Assembly (NCBI RefSeq): GCF_006345805.1
Contig: NC_042998.1
Coordinates: 204,104,001-204,168,000, forward strand
Length of the DNA: 64,000 bases
Direction of reading: 5' to 3'
From: Octopus sinensis
Lineage: Eukaryota
Positions 55,039 through 64,000 of this stretch are shown here, piece after piece. The stretch's first letter is position 1. Each line of letters opens with the position of its first letter. Under the pieces are notes generated by a model. It was given only the letters and a program-made list of their open reading frames with translations. It had not been told where the DNA came from and did no database searches. The position numbers and the translations under genes were made by a program.

Positions 55039-55548
55039 GTATGTATGTAACCCGGACAGCTAGTCGAACTATGTAACCCGGATCCGAGCAGCGGTTTAGT
55101 GCTTTCAATTTGTCCATATTCTTCGTATAAACGGAAGGAGGTCAAGACAGACGAAAATTAAATTCAAATAATATTTAGATATACATCAGATTCCCAATCC
55201 ATTTCATCGTACAAGTTTTCTAATTCTTTGAATAGCAGAACTCAAGTAGCTGAGTATTCCACAGACACTTGCTCTTTAACACAACATTCAGACAGTACCA
55301 GTGTGACACAGGGTGTAACAGGGTGTAACAGGGCGATTAGGCTGCCACCTACTTTCCGCCTTCTCATTCCATTCAACAAGGATTCGGTAAACCAGAGACT
55401 GTGACAGATGCGATGTGGCGCACTGGGATTGAACCAGAGTCATCGCGATGAAGGCAGGAACTTCGGTCACGTATAAATGCAGAACTATTTCTACACAAGA
55501 CTTTAAATGTACCTGTGTGCGTGTGCATGCGTGGTGTGTGTGTGGTGT

Positions 55549-55584
<36 letters not shown>

Positions 55585-55720
55585 GATTTGTGTGTGAGAG
55601 AGTATAAGTACGTGTGTGTGTGTGAATATATATGCAAGCGTGCGTGTGTGTGTATGCTGTGTGCGTACAGAAATCCAGACAATGGTGTCTTGCCTATTCT
55701 TTGAAACAAACGCGTGCGCA

Positions 55721-55788
<68 letters not shown>

Positions 55789-55871
55789 TAAAGAAATTTA
55801 TTATCTGCTGGGTAGATGTCACTTACACAAACATAATTGCATAAACAATGCTACAAATAACATCAACAACA

Positions 55872-55952
<81 letters not shown>

Positions 55953-55970
55953 TAAAATAATAATAATAAT

Positions 55971-56230
55971 ACTTTCAACATCCTTAAACAACCCTTATTC
56001 AGGGACCGTTTGAGCGGGATGGGCTACTCAACCTGAAGAAAATTCTAACTGGGCCCCACCTGCAAGGTCATGTGCTGTTTATCTTGATATGAGATCACCA
56101 TGTCGCGCACATATGGTTGTGATGCATGTGCCTGGTGTACCCTTATCAGACGGGTAGTCATGATGGGTATATTGGGCTTCGTATATTTTACCCCAGTGTC
56201 ACTTTGATAGCATGCACTGCTCTCTCACTC
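55971..56230 (+). mobile_element. Unassigned 260-bp retroposon-like segment between two long (AAT)n tracts
   Basis: GC-richer unique-looking sequence ending CTCTCTCACTC(AAT)n; (AAT)n at ~55876-55970 and ~56231-56306. Confidence 0.55.
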
Positions 56231-56590
56231 AATAATAATAATAATAATAATAATGATGATGATGATAATAGAAATAATAATGATAATAATAATAATAATA
56301 ATCATAATGGCTTTAAATTTTAGCACAAGGCCAGCAATTTCGGAAAAGGGAGCTAGTTGATTACATTGACCTCACTGTCCACCTGGTACTTATTTTATCG
56401 ACCCCGGATGGATGAAAGGCAAAGTCAACCTCGGCGGAATTTGAACTCAGGACGTAAGCTGGACGAAATACCGCTAAGCATCGGCGTGTAACAACAACAA
56501 CAACAACAACAACAATAACAACAAGAATCCTTTCTACTAAAGGCACAAGGCCTGAAATTTGGGGACAGGGGACTAGTCGGTTTCACCGAC

Positions 56591-56755
56591 CAGGGACGGA
56601 CCTAAAGGGTGGGGGAGGGCTGAGGGGGCATGTGCCCTCCCCCAAGAATTGAAGTGCGCCCTTCTGAATAATGTTATAACGCCCTTTTCTCCTGGAATTG
56701 CATTCCATTCTGACCGTGTGCCCCTCTCTCCAAAACCTTCCTGGGACCGCACCTG
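56591..56755. mobile_element. GC-rich MITE-like insertion in an old SINE
   Basis: Imperfect TIRs CAGGGACGGACC / GGGACCGCACCTG; flanks CCGAC / TCGAC. Confidence 0.45.
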
Positions 56756-57983
56756 TCGACCCCAGTGTTTCACAGGTACTTAATCCATCGAACTCGAAAT
56801 TACAATGATGATGATGATGTTGACTGAATTAAAAACGCAATTTTAAAGAGTGGAGGAAGTCGATGCTATCACCTCCCCCCCTCCTTCCACAATATTTGAC
56901 ATGTACTCTTTTACTCTTTTACTCTTTTACTTGTTTCAGTCATTTGACTACGGCCATGCTGGAGCACCGCCTTTAGTCGAGCAAATCGACCCCGGGACTT
57001 ATTCTTTTTGTAAGCCCAGTACTTATTCTATCGGTCACTTTTTGCCGAACCGCTAAGTGACGGGGACGTAAACACACCAGCATCGGTTGTCAAGCAATGC
57101 TAGGGGAACAAACACAGACACACAAACATATTCACACACACTTATATATATACACATATATACGACAGGCTTCTTTCAGTTTCCGTCTACCAAATCCACT
57201 CACAAGGCATTGGTCGGCCCGGGGCTATAGCAGAAGACACTTGCCCTAGTTGCCACGCAGTGGGACTGAACCCGGAACCATGTGGTTGGTTAGCAAGCTA
57301 CTTACCACACAGCCACTCCTGTGTTCTATTTTATCAAGCCCCGATGGGATGAAAGGCAAAGGTTAACCATGGCTGGATTCGATACCAGAACGTGAACAAC
57401 CAAATCGCTGTATTACCACCCAAGCGGTTCAGTATTCGACTGCGTCTTGTGTCCCTGATGTAATCCACGGGTGGATTCAGTGTGACACGCTCTTGTATCC
57501 GACTGTCAATCGTAGGTACACGGGTGCGCGTACACACACACGCACGTTTCAGTCATTTGACTGCGGCCATGCTATATATATATATACATACATACGTACA
57601 CGTACACACACACACACATGTATGCATATATTTGTATACATTTATGCTCATGTATATGTGTTATGTGCACTATGTGCATATGCATGTACGCATGTACGCA
57701 TGCTCATATATGCATGTATATGCACACACATATATACACATACACGCACAGAAATACATATGTAAGCACGTATATGTGCATGAATGTATACAATATGCAT
57801 ATATGTGTGTGCATGCGTATATATATGTATATACATGTGTATATATATATACATATACATATCTATCTATCTATCTATCTATCTATATATATATATATAT
57901 ATATATATATGCATAATATTTATGCATATATATGTTGCATATATTATATATATATATATGCATATATAATATATATGCATATA

Positions 57984-58017
<34 letters not shown>

Positions 58018-58200
58018 GCATACATACGTACACACACACATATATATATATATATCACATGTATGCATATATTTGTATACATTTATGCTCATATATATGT
58101 ATATGTGTACTATGTGCATATGCATATATACATAAATATATATATATATATATGACATATACATACATATGTATATATATATATATACACACATATATAT

Positions 58201-58239
<39 letters not shown>

Positions 58240-58476
58240 GACACACACATACACACATAATGTGTTGGTGTTGGTGTTTTTTCTATTTTATTTCCAGTCT
58301 CAGAAACCTATGACGTACTCTGTTTCGCCGAAGACTGTTTTCGAAATTAATAGAGGAACTGAAGACGAGAGAAGAAAGAGGAAGAGAAAGCAGAGCGAGC
58401 GGTGCTGGCTGGCATCATTATGTTAATAAATCTCCGTGCATAAATTTCTGTATTGTTTCCATTCTGTGTGTGTGTG

Positions 58477-58509
<33 letters not shown>

Positions 58510-58658
58510 CGTGTGTGTGTGCGTACGTGCCTGTGTGTGTGTGTGCGCGCGAGTATTTGTGCGTATGTGTGTGTATTTGTGTGTCTGAGCGAGTGAGACA
58601 GAGAGAGTGTGTGTATGACAGAGAGTACGTGGTGAGAGAAAGAGAAGAGGAGTGTGGT

Positions 58659-58698
<40 letters not shown>

Positions 58699-59021
58699 CG
58701 TGCGTACAGCCTGAGTGTGTGTATGTGTGTGTGCGCTCGAGTATTTGTGCGCATGTGTGTCTGAGCGAGTGAGACAGAGAGAGAGAGAGAGAGTGTGTGT
58801 GTATGACAGAGAGTACGTGGTGAGAGAAAGATAAAGAGAGTGTGTGTGCGTGTGTTACAGCCATATTTTTCGAAGTTAGCACTTTAAAGCACTGTGTAGG
58901 CTTCGTTGCACGTCTAGCCATCCGTAGTTTCGTACTCGGCTATCGTCGTCGTCGTTCGTCTTCTGCGACCATTCGGATATCCCATGATTCCCGGCAGGCA
59001 GCGAGTGTTGTGGGAAACAAA

Positions 59022-59864
59022 ATGGCTATGCACCGCTCGTCTGTGTCGAGACGGGGCTCTAAAAACGAGTCCGAAAACGATGAGGAGGAGTCAGAGAACA
59101 ATGGTTATATCCAGATGCTAGTGAAGCCAATGGAACAAAGTAATTACGGCTTCCTTTTAAATTGGGTGGGATTGAGTGGGTCTAATTTGAGCGCCCAGCA
59201 GGTGCGCGTTGTCTATGGTGTGGGACTCTTGTTGACAGTGATGTGTGTCTACCAAGTTTTACAATGCGATATCGGACAATTATTCTACCGATTATGCAGC
59301 CTCATAGTCCCCATGTTTTGTATTGTAAATGCATTTTATTGGCTTTCACTAGTATTTCGAAAAAGTTGGAGCAATACTAGTCTCTACCTGCTGTTCTCTT
59401 CGTGTTATGTGGGGGAGATAGCGGCCCAAGTGATGTTGGTCCGAAAGAACACAGGTGTGACCGCCGAGCAGGACGATGTCTCGTCCATGTACATAATGCA
59501 ACCGTCTGTGGTGTTGGCTGTCCTCATAGCAATCAGTTTTGCCAGTTTATTTTCTTCGTTAGAAACCTTACAAAGCGCTGCTGTAATACTTCTGGTAAGC
59601 TTTACACGTTTCCTCGCCTGTACCTCTCTGGTCGACTTCCCCCAGAGCCTGCGGCCGTTCGTCGCCTATTCTTGTGGATTTTGTGGTATCATCGTATCGA
59701 AGTACCTGGAAACCGTATTTAAAACTACAATAAGCAACAACATGACTCAAGATGGCAAAATTCCTGTCATCAAAAGACGCAGGAGTAGTTCGAGCGCTCA
59801 TGGATTTTCTGCTCACAAATCTATCCGACGAACATCTCTACCCGCTTTGATACAAAAACCTCAG
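59022..59864 (+). CDS. PDE3: First coding exon of a cGMP-inhibited 3',5'-cyclic nucleotide phosphodiesterase (PDE3 family): N-terminal membrane-associated region, 281 codons
   Basis: ATG in strong context (aacaaaATGg), open for 843 bp to a phase-0 donor CAG|GTAAGA. The peptide has several hydrophobic segments plus motifs I recall from vertebrate PDE3A/B: NGYIQMLVKPMEQ (cf. PDE3B NGYVKSCVSPLRQ), RPFVAYSCGFCGIIVSKYLE (cf. [20 protein letters not shown]) and IPVIKRRRSSS...RRTSLP (cf. IPVFKRRRRSSS...RRTSLP). The catalytic domain lies outside the window. Confidence 0.92.
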
Positions 59865-60479
59865 GTAAGAAGGAATCGCTTCTATTCTTCTTCAAACCCC
59901 AAACAACGCAATACATTCTTCATTCTTCTTTTATTCACCTCTCTCTCTCTCTCTTTCTCATCTCCAGCCATCTTCTTCAGCTTTCGTCCAACTCTTTCAC
60001 TTCGTTCTTCCTTTCTCTTTCATTCCTCTCTCACTCTTTCACACACACACACGTTTGCCCTTCTCTCTATCCTTGCATTTACATGCATCTATATATGTAT
60101 ATGGATATGTATGTTTAGAATTGTGTACGTATGTATTCGCAGATACAAATACGCATGTGTGTATATAAATGTATGCGTACGCGTATATAGAAAGGTGTGT
60201 ATATAGACATATATATATATATGTGTGTGTGTGTGTAGACCATCTTTCGTTTTGACTTGGTGTGTGTATATTGCATGTGTGTATATGTATATATGCATAA
60301 GTTTATATATATATAAAGTGGTTTGTATGACTGTGTATAGAGGGATGTATATATTATTCAAAGGAATTCCAACTCTGGTTTTTATGTTTTATTTATATTC
60401 TTTATAATATTCATGTAGAATATAGAATATATAGAATAAATAGTATATATATAGTATATATATATGTGTGTTTGTGTGT

Positions 60480-60965
60480 GTGTCTCGTTTCCTCTCAAAG
60501 CTGTTTCTCTTTCACTCTCCGCCACCCTCTCTTTCTATCTTCTTACACTCTCTCCATGTCTCTCTGTCTGCCTTTCTTCTTCTCTCTATCTGCCTCACTC
60601 TGTCTCTTTATTCTTCTCTCTCTCTCTCTCTTTCACTCTCCGTCTGTCTGAGTGCTTCTCTCTCTCTCTCACCCCCTCAATACTTCTGTCACTCGCTTCC
60701 ATCTCCGTCTGTCTCCCTTATTCTCTCTCCCTGTCTGCTTCTCTCATTCTCTCTCTCTCTCTTCTCTCCCTGTCTTTCTGTCTGCTTCTCTCTCTCTTCG
60801 TCTTTCTGTCTGCTTCTCTCTCTCTTTCACACAATGTCTCTAATTTCTTACCCATTAATCCTTGTATCCTTTCTTATCCATCTCTCTCTCTCTCTCCCTC
60901 TTACTCTCCCTCCCTCTCTCTCTCCCTCCCACCCTCTCTCTCTCTTCCCATTCTGTCTCCATCTC
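60480..60965. repeat. Polypyrimidine (CT-rich) tract in PDE3 intron 1
   Basis: Direct reading. Confidence 0.85.
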
Positions 60966-61462
60966 CTTCGTCCACATCTGTTAATATTTCTAATCACAAA
61001 TTACATTCACTAATTATAAACATTACAAAACTATTTATTCGCCGCCGACCCACAAAGATCTCGATTATATTTCTAGATTTTAACCTGAAAACTTCTCTCG
61101 TCTTTCTTTCTTTCTCCTTAATCTATTTCTTCCTTTCTTTTTTTTTTCTTTTCTGTCCTTTTACTCCTTAAAACCTAAGCCAGTTCTCTAGATATGTCGG
61201 TAGAACAACATTTATTTCCTAGAAATATCTCAGTGTTGCTATTTCTCGAGTAGAATCCAAAATTCTGATCGATGTTGGCAGCATGTTGTGTTTCTGTTTA
61301 CGATATGTACAGTCGCGTGTCTAAGTATGGATGAACATTCGTGTCACAAACCTCTTAAACACACTTCAATTAGTGCTCCCTCCCTTCCTCTCTCTCTCTC
61401 TCTCTCTCTCTTTATACATGTATCGCGGAATAATAAAGATGGTGTGTGTGGGTGTATGTATA

Positions 61463-61515
<53 letters not shown>

Positions 61516-61899
61516 GAGATTTTTGATCCAAAAGCTTCGCAAAGCAATGATACAATAAGAATTCAATGTATTTCAATGTAAAATATAATCATTATTATTT
61601 TTCATGTATGTCAGACGAGATAGACAATGTTACTACTTGGGTATTCGATGTGTGTATTATACACAAGTACGTGTTCATATACACACGTACATACCCGCTC
61701 GCGTGTATATATAACTACAGATACTGGCACGCACATTCAGACGTATGTGTACGTATATATATATATCGCCTATATATATATATATACACACACACGTATA
61801 TGATAGTGGCGATTAAATTTTTCCTAGATAGTTAGGTATTTATAGGTATATACATGTGTACGCGTACATACGTACATATATGTATATACGTGTGTGTGT

Positions 61900-61940
<41 letters not shown>

Positions 61941-62128
61941 TACACACATTAGTATGTATGTTTATAATTGTGTACGTATGTATACGCAGATACAAATACG
62001 CATGTGTGTATATAAATGCATGTGTACATATATCTATATATATATGTAGACCATCTTTCGTTTTGACTTGGTGTGTGTGTATATTGCTTGTCTATATTTA
62101 TGTGTGTATATGTATATATGCATAAGTT

Positions 62129-62161
<33 letters not shown>

Positions 62162-62195
62162 AAAGTTGAGTTGTGGGGTATCGCACGAGTGGGAT

Positions 62196-62316
62196 TATAT
62201 AAGAAAAAAGGTTTGAAAATGCAATTTAAACGATGTTTATTTACTTAGTAAATAAACATCGTTTAAAGTAAATAAAGTAAATAAAAATCGTTTAAATGCA
62301 TTTTCAAACCTTTTTT

Positions 62317-62324
<8 letters not shown>
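62196..62324. mobile_element. Palindromic MITE-like element next to (TA)n in PDE3 intron 1
   Basis: Outer arms TATATAAGAAAAAAGGTTTGAAAATGCA(A)TTTAAACGAT and reverse complement; inner perfect 20-bp stem around TTA. Confidence 0.75.
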
Positions 62325-62381
<57 letters not shown>

Positions 62382-62778
62382 AAGTATGCATATATACACA
62401 TAGATGTGTATGTGTGTGTTTATACATGTTGCATATGTATGTACATGAACCTATATGCGTGTGTATGTATTTACCTCTGTTGTGGGTGTGTGTGTGTGAC
62501 TGACTTCCATTTTTCCTGAGCGTCAAACTAAAGTACCTTGTTTCCACGCCTGTCTCTGTCTTTTGCTCTTTGTGCAATTTTGAGCCACACACACACATAT
62601 GTATATATATATATATATAGATATATATATATATATAAATATATATACACATACATACATACAGGCAGGCACCTGCGCACAAGAGGGAACCAGAGACAAT
62701 TTTTAATTATCATCACTATTTCATTTTACAAATAATTTGAAAATGAAGAGATCAGAATCAATAAACCTTGGGAAATTC

Positions 62779-63010
62779 TATAAATGTGTCTATATGAATA
62801 TAAATGTGTGTATATGAATATAAATGTGTGTGTGTGTATGAATATAAATGTGTGTATATGAATATAAATGTGTGTATATGAATATAAATGTGTGTATATG
62901 AATATAAATGTGTGTATATGAATATAAATGTGTGTATATGAATATAAATGTGTGTGTGTGTGTGTGTATGAATATAAATGTGTGTGTGTGTGTGTATGAA
63001 TATAAATGTA
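62779..63010. repeat. 20-bp minisatellite ATGAATATAAATGTGTGTAT, ~10 units, some with TG expansions
   Basis: Direct reading. Confidence 0.9.
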
Positions 63011-63792
63011 TGTGTGTGTGTGATATAATAGTATTATGTCATATTAAATGGATACCAGCCACACATGCTGTAATGTCTTAGTGGAGAGACAGATTTGGGA
63101 CTGAGACAAATTCATCGTTAAAATTAATTAACCCTTTAACCAGTTTCAGCTCGAGAGTTGCGGCCATGCTGGGGCACTGCCCTTATTATTTTTTAAATTT
63201 ATTTTTCTATATTCATCCATTTACATTGAGATCAGACGTTCAGTACTACTATGCAATAGATGCGTAAATAGTTTGAAGTGTGTCTGATGATGATGATGAT
63301 GGTTCTTGTATAAATCAATAGATTCTGGGATTACCTGTCCACAGGAACAGACTCGCAACAATATTAGCACTTACTACTATGGTACTTTTTAAGCGATTTT
63401 GTCACATATATGTTTATTTGTAACCATATCTCTCTTTCTCTATGTCTCATCATCATCTTCATCATGATTTAACGTCAGTTTTCCATGCTGGCATGGGTTG
63501 GACGGTTTGATAGTAGGTGGCAAGGCCAGGAATCACGCCAGGCTCCATTATCTGTTGGTTTCTACAGCTGGAGTCGCTTCCTAATGCCGACCATTTTACA
63601 GAGTGTACTAGGTGCTTTTTTACGCAGCACCAGCCATCTATCTATCTACCTATAGACAGATGTGTGTGTGTCTGTGTATTTATGTATGAGTATATATGTA
63701 TATCCATGTTTATATATATGGATTTATATGTATATTCAGATACGGATTGATATGTATGTGCGTATGTATATATGTGTATATACATATGCGTG

Positions 63793-63823
<31 letters not shown>

Positions 63824-64000
63824 ATGTATAATGTGGAGCAGTGGATCTCGAAGCTCACAAAGCTATTTATATTTGCATGCTGTTGTTTATTGCTTTATCA
63901 TCCATTTCAAGATAGATCCAATGTTCTAAGGAAGAATTATTTCACTTTCTTGCATAAGTTTCCAAATCCTTATGACATCAGCTGTGTGTGTATATATTAT

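Larger units (their letters stand above)
59865..64000 (+). other. PDE3: Intron 1 of PDE3 (continues past the window edge)
   Basis: Begins with GTAAGA. The ORF read-through becomes CT/TA microsatellite and no further coding exon was recognised. Confidence 0.8.

Noticed and set aside
58842-60206. The 454-aa ORF as a single-exon protein
   Set aside because: Starts at a GTG in a GT repeat and reads through a strong splice donor into low-complexity intron; only 59022-59864 is supported.

Overview
AT-rich, repeat-saturated animal genomic DNA. The repeat landscape points to an octopus genome (inference). The only recognisable host gene is the first coding exon of a PDE3-family phosphodiesterase (ATG 59022, splice donor after 59864), followed by the start of intron 1. 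The roughly 58 kb upstream is a nested mosaic of four kinds of sequence: (1) at least four tRNA-headed SINE families, labelled A-D here, about 45 copies or fragments; (2) decayed non-LTR retrotransposons (Tx1/L1, R4/Dong-like RLE, HERO-like, RTE, CR1/L2-like, Penelope); (3) DNA-transposon relics (mariner, hAT MITE, an 800-bp foldback); (4) large microsatellites, including (TATG)n arrays of about 3.3 and 1.4 kb. Nearly all long ORFs in the track are microsatellite translations. The main signal is a retroelement-microsatellite system: an R4-like element repeatedly bounded by (CATA)n, a Tx1 element inside (GATA)n, an unassigned element inside (AAT)n, and SINE-A carrying a variable internal microsatellite that hosts such insertions. 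Two SINE families share 3' ends with LINEs in the same window (SINE-B with Tx1, SINE-A with the CR1/L2-like LINE). There is also a near-canonical hammerhead-ribozyme motif and a 138-bp flanking duplication. All family assignments come from reading motifs by eye; no database was searched, and most repeat boundaries are approximate.
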